Shown in pieces: positions 8,600 through 18,656 of a stretch of 64,000 nucleotides of DNA. Position 1 is the stretch's first letter, and every line of letters begins with the position of its first letter. The stretch lies in the NCBI GenBank assembly GCA_029261065.1, contig JAJDCB010000023.1, positions 39,682 to 103,681 of the forward strand, in the 5' to 3' direction. The notes beneath the pieces were generated by a model. The model did not search any database. It saw nothing but the letters and a program-made list of their open reading frames with translations, and had not been told where the DNA came from. This stretch comes from Candidatus Omnitrophota bacterium (GTDB lineage: Bacteria > Omnitrophota > Gorgyraeia > Zapsychrales > Zapsychraceae). A program made the translations under genes and the position numbers.

Positions 8600-10912
8600 A
8601 TGTCTTTCGGATTAATATGGCTTATCAGTATTATAGGAACGGTTATCATTGTTGATAAAAAAAGTCTTCATGGCGGATATATTTTTTTATCGTTAATAAT
8701 TGGTCCCATCGCGTTTATTCTTGTTTTTTTGGCAGAATCTAAAAAAAAGGGTATTGATGATACGCACTTAAATTCTTATAGCGATACAGATGATCAGATA
8801 AGTGCCATAAAACAAAAAGTGGCACAGTTGCAAATACGAATTGAGCAATTGGAGCGGGGCTCCCCGAGTAAGGAAGAAGTTAAGAAGTCCGTTATAGAAC
8901 CAGAAGAAGTACCTGCCTTAAAACCAATTGCTTTAGAAAAAGAAATTGAGCCTCCAAAAGTTATTTATTCTCCCCCAAAAATTTCAAAAGTTGTCACGCA
9001 TGATTATCAGGAGCCTATTAAGAAGAAGGAAACGAAGCGTAATGATTTTGAGATGAATTTTGGTCAGAATTGGTTAAATAAGATTGGTATTGTTATTTTG
9101 ACATTAGGCGTAGGATTTTTAATTCGTCATCAATTTATGTCCACAGGACCCTTGCTTAAAATCGCTCTTGGTTACCTTGTAAGTGTGGGGATGTTTTTTG
9201 GTGGGATTCGTTTAGAGAAGAAAGAAGAGCTTAAGCAATATGGACGCGTGATGATTGGGGGTGCTTGGGCGATCACGTACTTCACCACTTTTGCCATGCA
9301 TCATTTTGATGCTTCACGTATTATTCATAGTCAGCTTGTTGATCTAATTTTGCTTACGATTGTGGCGGCAGGTATGATTATGCATTCTCTAAAATATAAA
9401 TCAGAATCCATGACGGCTATGGCGTTATTTGTAGCTTATGTAACGGGAACGATTGGTCAGATTACGATGTTTACTTTTTTTAGTAGTTTGTTGTTAGCGG
9501 GTGTTGTCTTATTTTTAGTTTATCGTTTTCAGTGGATTAATACGTTGTTGTTAGGCATTGCTCTTTCTTACGGCATTCATTTGTATTGGGTTGGTCCTAA
9601 TATTCTTGATTCTTTGGGTAAGGTTAGTTATTTAGGGCGAGGTTCCTATGATAGTCTTAATGTTTTGCATCTTTTATTTTTGTCGGCTTATTGGATTGTG
9701 TTTACAGCAGGCATTCATCTGATTAAAAGTAATGACAATCAAGAACACTCCAATCGATTGGCTGTTGCCAACTTTAGCAATTTTTCATTATATTTCTTTT
9801 TAACGTATTCGTTAATGACTGAGTTGTTTTATCAGCAGCGATTTATATTTACATTTGGTTTAGGCCTTTTTTATTTGGGAGCAGCTGCTTTATCAAATTT
9901 TTATAAAGATAAAAGACTCTTTCAGAGTAACGTGATCGTCGCGATCTCAGCCCTTACCTTCTCGGTATCCATTCAATTTCTTCCTATGACAACCCTTGTC
10001 TTGTGGCTTATTGAAATTCCTATTCTGTTATTTATGGGTTTAACGTTTAAGCAAACACTTTATCGATATCTTAGTTATCTCTTAAGCGGTGTATGTCTGT
10101 TTCGAATATTCTTTGAATTTCAACTTATGGATAAGTTTGAAGATGTTCAAATTCTATTTTTGTCATTTAGAGGACAAGAGTTTATCCACTTATTAAGTGG
10201 AATTGTAATGGGTGTGTGTTTTATGTTGCTGCATAGTTACCGTTCGAAAATGGAAGGGGATGATTTAGACGATGTGACAAGCCAGTTGTATTCGCTGTTT
10301 TCAGGATTTTTCCTTACGCATTTTATCTACCTTATCACAGATAATTATTGGACACCGTTTGTATTTTCTTTGGAAGCCGCTGTTCTATTTATTTTAGGTC
10401 TTCTTTCAGCATTATCTAGGTTTCGATACTATAGTTATGCTTTGCTGGCGGTTGTTTATGGAGGGTTTTTATTTGAGAGTCATTTTGGGGGAGATCCTTT
10501 TTTAAGTTTGATTATAATCTCAACCATTGTTCTCGTTCCTTTTGCGCTCTATTTTTTAGCTATTGTCGGGCAAAAGAAAGGGTTGCTTACAACGAATGAT
10601 GAAAATGAACCTACACTTTTGTTTTGCGGAGCTGCATTATTTTTGATGACAGCGATATTTAATCATGTGGATGAACAATGGATCACATTGGGGGTAGGTT
10701 TGTCAGGGGTGTTCCTTTTGCTGATTGGTTTTATGCAGAAAGACAAAATTGTGCGTTTAGGCGGTCTCACTTTCTTTGCGGTGACCATGCTGCGTATTGT
10801 CTTTGTTGATATCGCTCACTTAGATGCTATTTATAAAATTATTAGTTTTATTATTTTAGGTGTGCTGTTTTTAGGCGTTTCGTTTATATATAATAAGTTT
10901 ACGAAAGAGTAA
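8600..10912 (+). CDS. large polytopic membrane protein (DUF2339-like architecture, tentative)
   Basis: 770 aa. GGAG RBS. N-terminal TM, then a coiled-coil/Pro-Glu-rich linker, then about 18 TM helices. Confidence 0.5.
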   Translation: MSFGLIWLISIIGTVIIVDKKSLHGGYIFLSLIIGPIAFILVFLAESKKKGIDDTHLNSYSDTDDQISAIKQKVAQLQIRIEQLERGSPSKEEVKKSVIEPEEVPALKPIALEKEIEPPKVIYSPPKISKVVTHDYQEPIKKKETKRNDFEMNFGQNWLNKIGIVILTLGVGFLIRHQFMSTGPLLKIALGYLVSVGMFFGGIRLEKKEELKQYGRVMIGGAWAITYFTTFAMHHFDASRIIHSQLVDLILLTIVAAGMIMHSLKYKSESMTAMALFVAYVTGTIGQITMFTFFSSLLLAGVVLFLVYRFQWINTLLLGIALSYGIHLYWVGPNILDSLGKVSYLGRGSYDSLNVLHLLFLSAYWIVFTAGIHLIKSNDNQEHSNRLAVANFSNFSLYFFLTYSLMTELFYQQRFIFTFGLGLFYLGAAALSNFYKDKRLFQSNVIVAISALTFSVSIQFLPMTTLVLWLIEIPILLFMGLTFKQTLYRYLSYLLSGVCLFRIFFEFQLMDKFEDVQILFLSFRGQEFIHLLSGIVMGVCFMLLHSYRSKMEGDDLDDVTSQLYSLFSGFFLTHFIYLITDNYWTPFVFSLEAAVLFILGLLSALSRFRYYSYALLAVVYGGFLFESHFGGDPFLSLIIISTIVLVPFALYFLAIVGQKKGLLTTNDENEPTLLFCGAALFLMTAIFNHVDEQWITLGVGLSGVFLLLIGFMQKDKIVRLGGLTFFAVTMLRIVFVDIAHLDAIYKIISFIILGVLFLGVSFIYNKFTKE

Positions 10913-10934
10913 TGAGGGTAGTGGTAGAAATAAT

Positions 10935-11052
10935 GTCGTCCCCGCCTCATCTGTCATTCCCGCGCCCGCCTGCCGGCAGGCAGGAAAGCGGGAATCTATT
11001 AATATTAAAAAAGTATTGGGATTCCAGTTGTCACGGGAATGACAACTGGAAT
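10935..11052. repeat. Compound palindromic repeat element: a GTCATTCCCGC...GCGGGAATC unit interrupted by an inner palindrome (CCTGCCGGCAGG), plus CCAGTTGTCA...TGACAACTGG
   Basis: Nested inverted repeats read directly in the 3' spacer of the membrane-protein gene. Confidence 0.65.
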
Positions 11053-11100
11053 TTGAATAATTATGAATCATGATAAAAAACAACAACAAAAGAGGCTACT

Positions 11101-11772
11101 ATGGATAATCAAGAATTAAACTCCGTTTGGAAAACAATGTCACACTTATTGCGTTCTCATCCTTGGCATGGCATTCCGATTGGGGAGGAGGCGCCGCAGA
11201 TTGTGAACACTTATATTGAGACGGTTCCAACAGATACGGTTAAATATGAGATTGATAAGAAAAGTGGTTTCTTAAAAGTGGATCGTCCTCAAAAATATTC
11301 TAATATTTGTCCAACTCTTTATGGATTTATCCCACAAACCTATTGTGGCAGGAGAATCGCAGAGTTTTGTCAAGAACACACAAAACGTCCAGAGGTTGTT
11401 GGTGATGACGATCCGTTAGATATTTGTGTTTTAACGGAGAAGACCATTAGTCATGGCGATATTATGGTGCGCGCGATTCCTATAGGTGGATTTCGGATGA
11501 TTGATCGTGGTCAGGCGGATGATAAAATTATTGCCGTCATGCATGGTGATGGTCTTTATAGCCAGTGGCAAAGCATAGACGATTGTCCGACAGCGTTTAT
11601 TGATCGATTAAGACATTATTTTTTGACTTATAAAGATCTTCCTGATTCCACAGATCCTATTTGTGAAATCACGCATACCTATAATCAGAAAGAGGCACTT
11701 GAAATTATTAAAAGAAGTCGAGATGATTATAAAGAGGAATTTTCAGATCTTTCAGATATGATGGGTGGTTAA
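11101..11772 (+). CDS. ppa: inorganic pyrophosphatase (family I)
   Basis: 223 aa; HPWHGIP, DDDPLDICVL, DRGQADDKIIAV and RLRHYFLTYK match soluble PPase active-site signatures. Confidence 0.85.
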   Translation: MDNQELNSVWKTMSHLLRSHPWHGIPIGEEAPQIVNTYIETVPTDTVKYEIDKKSGFLKVDRPQKYSNICPTLYGFIPQTYCGRRIAEFCQEHTKRPEVVGDDDPLDICVLTEKTISHGDIMVRAIPIGGFRMIDRGQADDKIIAVMHGDGLYSQWQSIDDCPTAFIDRLRHYFLTYKDLPDSTDPICEITHTYNQKEALEIIKRSRDDYKEEFSDLSDMMGG

Positions 11773-11773
11773 G

Positions 11774-12076
11774 CTATGTTTTGTTTTTCTTAAGTTGATC
11801 TTTCATGCGTTGCTTAGCTTCATCGGAAAGGTGGGAGTTGCAGGATGTCAAAGGGGGTTCTTCTGATTTGGCTTTTTTGGACAGGAGCTCATTTAAACTT
11901 GATAGTTGTTTAGCAACCTGGGCACAAGCTTTACAAAGAAATAAATGCATTTTAAGTAGAATGCGTTTGTGTGTGCTTAAAGGATGTTCAAGCTGTTCAC
12001 TTATTAACCTAGAAGCCTCTTTGCAATTGATCATGAATATATTTTTCATCGTAGTTTTGTCGAACGTAAGGCGCAA
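11774..12076 (-). CDS. anti-sigma factor (zf-HC2 type) paired with the upstream ECF sigma
   Basis: Immediately downstream of the ECF sigma on the same strand; has a Cys/His pattern of zf-HC2 type (I wrote it as C..A..L...HL..C..C without checking spacing against the sequence). Start is TTG at 12076 (AGGTG RBS) or ATG at 12049. Confidence 0.55.
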   Translation of the reverse strand: MRLTFDKTTMKNIFMINCKEASRLISEQLEHPLSTHKRILLKMHLFLCKACAQVAKQLSSLNELLSKKAKSEEPPLTSCNSHLSDEAKQRMKDQLKKNKT

Positions 12077-12090
12077 ACCTTACACCTTTT

Positions 12091-12672
12091 TTATTTAAAC
12101 CAATTTTCTTCCAGGCACTCTCTTAACTGCAGTCTTGCTCGATGTAGCAGAACCCAAAAATTAGAAGAAGAAATATTAAGGGTTTTGCAGACCTCTTTAC
12201 CATCCAGTTTTTCAACTTCACGCAATACAAACGCATCACGAGCATTAGAAGATAATTTTGTTAAACAGTTTTGGAATGTACCCCAAAACTCTTTATTTTC
12301 AAGGAGTTGTGATGGATTAAACTCCCAGGACTTTGGGGAATTTTTAAGATGAGTGGTGCGATCAAAAAATTGATCAATGGCTTGTTCATCGCCTGTAATG
12401 TCGGTGACAGGTTTTTCTCGGTAATTTTTACGAAAATGATCAATGATTTTATGCTTAAGAATGCCAATCAGCCATGTTCGTTCTGTTGATTTTCCTGAAA
12501 AACTATTAATGCTCTGAAAAGCAGCCAATAATGTCTCTTGAACGGCATTCTCGGCATTGGTGCTATTGCGTAGTCGCCCTAAGGCGAAATTGTAGAGATA
12601 ATCGCCATATTTATCTACCCATTGCTCAGGATTGAGGGATGGTTTCTCTGTATTTTGAGATAATTGTGACAT
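12091..12672 (-). CDS. ECF (sigma-70 family group IV) RNA polymerase sigma factor
   Basis: 193 aa; region 2 (YNFALGRLRN...AEDAVQETLLAAF) and region 4 (DAFVLREVEKLDGKEVCKTLNISSSNFWVLLHRARLQLRECL). Confidence 0.85.
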   Translation of the reverse strand: MSQLSQNTEKPSLNPEQWVDKYGDYLYNFALGRLRNSTNAENAVQETLLAAFQSINSFSGKSTERTWLIGILKHKIIDHFRKNYREKPVTDITGDEQAIDQFFDRTTHLKNSPKSWEFNPSQLLENKEFWGTFQNCLTKLSSNARDAFVLREVEKLDGKEVCKTLNISSSNFWVLLHRARLQLRECLEENWFK

Positions 12673-12870
12673 AAGTTGTTTATTTTGATAAAATTGTGAA
12701 AATCTACATTACCAATCTAGCAAAGAATATTGTTTCCTGCAATGGAAATAATAAGGGATCCAATTGTGTTATAAAGGGTGGAAGCATTTTTAATGAATTT
12801 GTAAGGAATGCACATCTTAAGCGACAAAACGTTAGTCATTTGGAAAATTTGAGCTAAAGAAAGGAAAAAT

Positions 12871-13566
12871 ATGAAATTTAAAAAGATACTGATTTTTGTT
12901 GTTGTGGCAGCTGTTCTTGGAGCTATTGGTTATGGTATTATTCAGCACTATCAACACTGTCAGCAATGTTTTAATATTAAATCGATCAATGCTGATGTTG
13001 TTCGTCATTTTATTGAAGGATTCGGAAATTGGTCATTTATCGTTTATATTCTCTTATATGTCGCCAACACATTTACACCATTTCTTCCTCCTATCGGATT
13101 TTTATCTTTAGCTGCCGGCGTTCTTTTCGGTCCTTTTGGCGGTACTATTGCTTTGACTTTAGGAACTTGGGCTGGAACAACAGCTGCCTTTTTTACAGCG
13201 CGTTATATTGCACGTCCTTGGGTTGAAAAACTTTTACAAGGAAAAGGGGACGCCATTAATCAAAAGTTAAGCAAAAATGGTTTTTTAATTCTCCTTCCTA
13301 TGCGTCTTGTTGGTTTGCCTCCTTATGGCATAATTGATTTTATCTGCGGTATCTCAAAAATGAAATATAGAGAGTTTGTTTTAGCCACCATGATTGGGGC
13401 TGCTCCTTGGATTATAGTGCAAGTTTTATTAGCGGATCGTTTTGCGAATTTTAATCCCAAAGATCCTGTCATGTGGGGATTATTGTTAGCATTTGTTTTA
13501 ATGATTGTGGTTACAGGGAAAATTGTTAAGAAGCAGCAGGAAAAAGAAGCGATAGAAAGTAAGTAG
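12871..13566 (+). CDS. TVP38/TMEM64 (DedA/SNARE-associated) family membrane protein
   Basis: 231 aa; FLPPIGFLSLAAGVLFGPFGG...GLPPYG motif set characteristic of DedA/TVP38. Confidence 0.75.
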   Translation: MKFKKILIFVVVAAVLGAIGYGIIQHYQHCQQCFNIKSINADVVRHFIEGFGNWSFIVYILLYVANTFTPFLPPIGFLSLAAGVLFGPFGGTIALTLGTWAGTTAAFFTARYIARPWVEKLLQGKGDAINQKLSKNGFLILLPMRLVGLPPYGIIDFICGISKMKYREFVLATMIGAAPWIIVQVLLADRFANFNPKDPVMWGLLLAFVLMIVVTGKIVKKQQEKEAIESK

Positions 13567-13603
13567 AAGTTGAAGTTTAAGAATAAAAAGAAAGGATTAT
13601 GAT

Positions 13604-15043
13604 ATGCCTAAATATGACTATGATTTAATCGCCATCGGTGGAGGGGCTGCTGGTTTAACAGCTTCAACATTCGCGGGACAATCTGCCGCTAAAACGCTTT
13701 TAATAGAGAAGGAAAAGAAGTTGGGGGGAGATTGTCTGCATTTTGGTTGTGTGCCATCAAAGTCATTAATTAAGAGCGGGTATGCTTATAATGTATTGAG
13801 AAATTCAGAAAAATATGGATTGCCGAAGGTTGATCTACCCAAAGTCGATTTTAAGAAAGTGGCTGGCCGTATCCAAGGCATTATCGATACCATTCAAGAG
13901 CATGATGAACCCGAATATCTGGATAAAAAATATAATGTGGAAACACAATTTGGCTCTCCTAAATTTTTAGATAGCCATACCATCGAACTTAATGGCAAAA
14001 AGATCACCTCTCGATTTTTTGTTTTGGCCATGGGTTCATCCGCATTTATTCCACCTATCGAAGGGATTAATGATGTTCCCTACATTACCAATGTTGAAAT
14101 ATTTTCCTTAGACAAGCTTCCTGACTCCTTGATTGTTTTAGGAGGTGGCCCTATAGGTATGGAGATGGCTCAATCTTTTGCCCGCTTGGGATCTAAAGTC
14201 ACGGTTGTAGAATATGCTCCGCGTGTGTTGGCGCGGGAAGATGAGGATATTTCAAAGTTTATTGGTGAGGTGCTTGTTAAAGAAGGCGTTGATTTACGTT
14301 TGGGAACAAAGGCGGTTAAGGCTGAGAAGAAAGGTGATAAAATTAAATTAACAGTTGAGAAAGACGGCAAGCAAAGTAGTCTTGAGGCTGATCAAGTTCT
14401 TGTGGCAACAGGACGAAAGCCAAACGTAGAAGGACTGGATCTTGAAAATGCAGGGGTTACGTATACAAAGAAGGGAATTCCTGTTGATGCGAAGATGCGA
14501 ACATCCGTTAAACATATTTATGCCTGTGGCGATATCAACGGAAGTTTTCCGTTTACACATGTCGCAAGTTATGAGGCTGTTGTTGCAATTTATAATGCTA
14601 TTCTAAAGATCCCAAAGAAAGCGGATTACACTCATGTTCCTTGGGTCACTTATTTAGATCCTGAAGTCGCTTCAATTGGATTAAATGAAACGCGAGCGAA
14701 GGAAGCGGGAATTGAATATGTCGCGCATGTTGAAACCCTCAATCATAATGATCGCGCTTTAGCTGAAGGCGAAAATCATGGGTTTATTAAAATTATTTTA
14801 AATAAAAAAGGACAAGTGATTGGTGTTCAAATCGTTGGTTATCACGCTGGTGATCTGCTTTCAGAATGGATTCCTATTTTAAATGGCAAAGTAAAGTTAT
14901 CTGTCATCACCGATGCCATGCATCCTTATCCAACTATGGCAGAGATTAATAAAAATTCGAGTGTGAATTATTTAGTCTCAACGATTCCTGGTTGGACTAA
15001 AAAATTAACAAAGATGCTTTTTGGGTATCAAGGTAAGATTTAA
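13604..15043 (+). CDS. FAD-dependent pyridine nucleotide-disulfide oxidoreductase (dihydrolipoamide dehydrogenase/mercuric reductase-like)
   Basis: 479 aa; GGGAAG FAD fold, redox-active CLHFGCVPSK, a second GxGxxG (VLGGGPIGMEMA) and a C-terminal dimerisation region with His-Pro. Confidence 0.8.
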   Translation: MPKYDYDLIAIGGGAAGLTASTFAGQSAAKTLLIEKEKKLGGDCLHFGCVPSKSLIKSGYAYNVLRNSEKYGLPKVDLPKVDFKKVAGRIQGIIDTIQEHDEPEYLDKKYNVETQFGSPKFLDSHTIELNGKKITSRFFVLAMGSSAFIPPIEGINDVPYITNVEIFSLDKLPDSLIVLGGGPIGMEMAQSFARLGSKVTVVEYAPRVLAREDEDISKFIGEVLVKEGVDLRLGTKAVKAEKKGDKIKLTVEKDGKQSSLEADQVLVATGRKPNVEGLDLENAGVTYTKKGIPVDAKMRTSVKHIYACGDINGSFPFTHVASYEAVVAIYNAILKIPKKADYTHVPWVTYLDPEVASIGLNETRAKEAGIEYVAHVETLNHNDRALAEGENHGFIKIILNKKGQVIGVQIVGYHAGDLLSEWIPILNGKVKLSVITDAMHPYPTMAEINKNSSVNYLVSTIPGWTKKLTKMLFGYQGKI

Positions 15044-16536
15044 GGTTTGAATTTAGCTATCATTTTGTATTGTGCGTTTTGAAGAAGGGCGGCTAGTGAT
15101 ATCAGATAAAGTGGAATGAGTGGATAGATATAGCGTGCTAGTGTGAAAAAGATAGAGTAGGCTGCGATAAAACAAACGATAAAAAATAAGATGTTCGCAT
15201 AGATTAGATTCTCGGCGACTAATTGTTTAGATTTTATGTAACACGAGATTAGTAGATAAGTTTTAATGAGTAAAAATATGATGGCCCCAAATGTCAAAAT
15301 AGGCATTGTAAAAAAGATTCCGTAATTATAAGGTTTGAATTTATAAAGGCTAAGAATGGCTTTGGGATAGTTAACGTAGGCGGTGATGGCTGATTCCCAA
15401 AAATACATTTTTAGCGTCTCCACTCCTGTAAAAAAAGCATACTGTATCGGATTCCCAATAGCGCGTCGAATGGCAAATTCGATAAGTTTTTTGTTTTGTT
15501 CATCTGGATTTAAATTTTTCTCATCCAACATTCTCCGCATTTTAACTCCTATTTCATCAGAAGTTAAATAAGACCAGTAATTGCATTCTTGTGGGTTTGT
15601 TACAGAATGACAAAATCCCCATCCAGGTACAAAAGCAATCCCAGCCCAAAACCTTTCGGATGTGAGTTTCCCTGTCCGTCGAGCTGTATTTCCATATAAA
15701 GCCCAAGCGCCGCGATCCGTTATCGTAAAATTTCCGTTCAGAGACTTATTAATGTTTTTATATAGACAGATGATGCCTTGGTAGGCAGATAAAAAAATAA
15801 TGATAAATATAAACAACTTCTTAACCGCTTTGTAATTTTGATTAATCAATGAAATTAAACAAGCAAGACAAAAGGGGATGATATATAAAAGGAATACCAG
15901 CTCACCAATTCCTTTGACAAAGGTGAACATACTAAATGTGATGGCTAGAAGGACGGAGGGTATGATAAGTTTTTTTGGATTTGTTTCTTTAGTATCCATT
16001 AATATTTTTGAGGCACAAAGACTTGCAAGAACGATAAGCAGGATGAAAGGATATGTTAAAATTTCTGAATAGAGACGTAAAGCGGTATTGGTGGTTGTGG
16101 GAGAAAATCCTAGATAGAGAATGACGCAAGATGAATAAAAATTATTGACCTTTAATTTGCGTAAAAGTAAGAGGGTTAGGATTTGTGTGCTAAAAAGTAT
16201 CGCAAATTGATAGAGAACTTGAATTTTTTGATAGGATATTGAAAGGTAAGACCCAATCCGCATAGATATAGAAATTAAAAAAGGGTAAAAAGGCTCGCGG
16301 TTGGGCCCAGTTTCTATATAGGCCTTCCATCCTTGATCAACAAGCAATTGTCCTAATTCTTCATACCCAATGGCATCATGCATGATGATCATCGATGTAC
16401 TAACCCCGAGATAAATCCAATAGAAAAAACATGCCGCAAGAGATACGAGAATGGCAGGAGAAAATAGCTCTTTTAAGTGTTTCATCGGCTCTATTATATA
16501 CGGAGTTAATGCTTTTGGTGAATATTTATTCGCCAT
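15040..16536 (-). CDS. GT-C fold glycosyltransferase-like membrane protein (ArnT/PMT/GT39-like, PMT_2-type)
   Basis: 498 aa and polytopic. The N-terminal loop motif HDAIGYEELGQLLVDQGW...NREPFYPFL resembles the ArnT/PMT catalytic loop. Confidence 0.5.
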   Translation of the reverse strand: MANKYSPKALTPYIIEPMKHLKELFSPAILVSLAACFFYWIYLGVSTSMIIMHDAIGYEELGQLLVDQGWKAYIETGPNREPFYPFLISISMRIGSYLSISYQKIQVLYQFAILFSTQILTLLLLRKLKVNNFYSSCVILYLGFSPTTTNTALRLYSEILTYPFILLIVLASLCASKILMDTKETNPKKLIIPSVLLAITFSMFTFVKGIGELVFLLYIIPFCLACLISLINQNYKAVKKLFIFIIIFLSAYQGIICLYKNINKSLNGNFTITDRGAWALYGNTARRTGKLTSERFWAGIAFVPGWGFCHSVTNPQECNYWSYLTSDEIGVKMRRMLDEKNLNPDEQNKKLIEFAIRRAIGNPIQYAFFTGVETLKMYFWESAITAYVNYPKAILSLYKFKPYNYGIFFTMPILTFGAIIFLLIKTYLLISCYIKSKQLVAENLIYANILFFIVCFIAAYSIFFTLARYIYPLIPLYLISLAALLQNAQYKMIAKFKP

Positions 16537-16592
16537 TTTTAAACAATAGGGTATATAATGTCGGGAAAGTACCCCTTTAAAAAGTATGTGTT

Positions 16593-18656
16593 ATGACCAT
16601 TTTTAACAAAGCCAAAAACTCCCATTCCTTTTTTTCAATATCCTTTCATTCTGTTATTCTTATTTTTTCATTTTTTATATGGTGTTATCTATTTCGTGGA
16701 TATTTAAGCGGTGAGTTTTTACTCGAATTGGATGCGAAGTCTTATTATGAAAATTTTAAGTTTTTTTTGGATAATTTAAGCCGTGGTGTTTACCCCTTGT
16801 GGAATCCCGAAACGTTTGATGGCATGCCCAATGACTTTTTCTTAAGACGGATTGGCGAACACAATCCCTTTTATTATGTGATGGCCATAGCAATGGCAGA
16901 GGGAGTAAGTTTTTCTTTTTGTTACTTTTCTTTTTTGGCAGGGTATTTTTTCTTAGGCATAATAGGGTTTTATCGTTTGAGTATCCTGATTTTTAAGGAT
17001 AAGGATTTGGCCTTGGTGGCAAGTTTACTATTAATGTTTTCAGGTTTTGCCGGTATTTTATTTAAATCCTTTCTAATTCTTTTGTTTGTTCCTATGGTTT
17101 GGTTTTTTGTTTTCCTCCTTGATTTTGTACGGCGACAATCACGCATGGCATTTCTCGGAATGATTTTAACGTTAATGATTACATCCTCCACATATATCCC
17201 TTTTTATTTTCTTACCATTTTTTTATCTTTTTTGATTTTTTGGGGTGTTGTTTATCGAAAAGATGTGAAGAGCGTTTTAAAAGTATTTTTTGAATTTATG
17301 AGCACTCAACGATTACTCTTTGGTTTTAGCGTTGTTTCATTGATTCTAGCGTTGATTCCTGGCGTAACATTTTTTTGGGAAGTCAGTCGAGGAGATATGG
17401 TTTTTCCTGTAAGGCATTTGGCCTCGGGTAATGCTCATGCTTTAACGGTGAATGTGCAGTCTAGTGCTCACGGCGGTTTACCAGGGGGGGATGTTTGGCA
17501 GATGTTGTTCGGTGATTGGAAGAATATGACATTAGGTCGAATATATGTCCCCCTCGTGACGTACATACTTTTTTTATTAGGGTTTTTTACCCGAGTGACC
17601 CGTTTGGCAATCTTATTTGTTATGTGGTTTACGTTCATGTTTTTGTTATGTGTTTACGATGCTGGGCCAATTTATCAATGGTTATATAAATACGTTTTTT
17701 ACTTTAAATATTTTAGAAATTTTCATTTTTTTATTTGGTTAATACTAATTCCTTTGTTTATTTTGTTAAGTGTTGAACAATTGAAAGTCTTCTTAGCGCA
17801 ACGTGGCCGAGGTAAATTAGTTCAACAATATACACCTTGGAAGCTCATTGTAATCTCTTTTGTCATTCTTGCTGAGCCTGTTTGGGTATTCTCAAGTCTG
17901 CATAACAATGCTCCCAAAAGAATAGATCCGTATACATACGATAAACCCTATCTTGATTTTTCTTATTTGCGAAAAAGAAAGGGGTCGAGAAAAATTTGGA
18001 ATGCTGATTATGAGGCAGGCAAGCGTACTGTCTTAAAAAATCCTTATAAAGCTCAATCCATTTATTTTGGAACGAGTCATTATAATTTTTTGCGATCTAA
18101 TGTAAAAGACTTGGTTTTCTATGAGTATATGCGTTTTAAATTTTTATTATACGATGCTGTAGAGGTTATTAAAGATGCGCCTTTTGATGCAGCTCATATT
18201 TCTTTCTGGATTGATATCCAGCAAAGAATACAACAGAACCTTGCAACAGCACAAAATAGGGCGTTTGTTTCAGCAGGGGAAGATTTTAAGTTTGAAAATG
18301 TAGTAAATCCTGCACAACATGTTTTATCTGTTGAGAGTCCTTCAGAAAAATTTAAAGTCCTGGATTACAATGTTAATCACATTCGTTTAAAAACAAATTT
18401 TTCTACACAGAAGTTCTTAGTCTTTAACGATAATTACTATAAGGGATGGCGTGCTTTTATAAATGATCAGCCTGTGACCATTTGGCGAAGTAATATTGCA
18501 TATAAAGGAATATCGTTACCTCGGGGGGAGAATGTCGTCTTGTTTCGGTATGGATCGATTTTTGTTATTTTGTTTAACTATGTTTTAACATTTCTTATAG
18601 GGTTTATATTATTTTTGATGTGGAGAATGTATGGTCAAGAAAAAAAAAGGCGTTAA
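16593..18656 (+). CDS. YfhO-like polytopic membrane glycosyltransferase-family protein
   Basis: 687 aa and highly hydrophobic. LWNPETFDGMP resembles the YfhO WNPyiFgGmP motif. Divergent from the GT-C gene. Confidence 0.5.
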   Translation: MTIFNKAKNSHSFFSISFHSVILIFSFFIWCYLFRGYLSGEFLLELDAKSYYENFKFFLDNLSRGVYPLWNPETFDGMPNDFFLRRIGEHNPFYYVMAIAMAEGVSFSFCYFSFLAGYFFLGIIGFYRLSILIFKDKDLALVASLLLMFSGFAGILFKSFLILLFVPMVWFFVFLLDFVRRQSRMAFLGMILTLMITSSTYIPFYFLTIFLSFLIFWGVVYRKDVKSVLKVFFEFMSTQRLLFGFSVVSLILALIPGVTFFWEVSRGDMVFPVRHLASGNAHALTVNVQSSAHGGLPGGDVWQMLFGDWKNMTLGRIYVPLVTYILFLLGFFTRVTRLAILFVMWFTFMFLLCVYDAGPIYQWLYKYVFYFKYFRNFHFFIWLILIPLFILLSVEQLKVFLAQRGRGKLVQQYTPWKLIVISFVILAEPVWVFSSLHNNAPKRIDPYTYDKPYLDFSYLRKRKGSRKIWNADYEAGKRTVLKNPYKAQSIYFGTSHYNFLRSNVKDLVFYEYMRFKFLLYDAVEVIKDAPFDAAHISFWIDIQQRIQQNLATAQNRAFVSAGEDFKFENVVNPAQHVLSVESPSEKFKVLDYNVNHIRLKTNFSTQKFLVFNDNYYKGWRAFINDQPVTIWRSNIAYKGISLPRGENVVLFRYGSIFVILFNYVLTFLIGFILFLMWRMYGQEKKRR

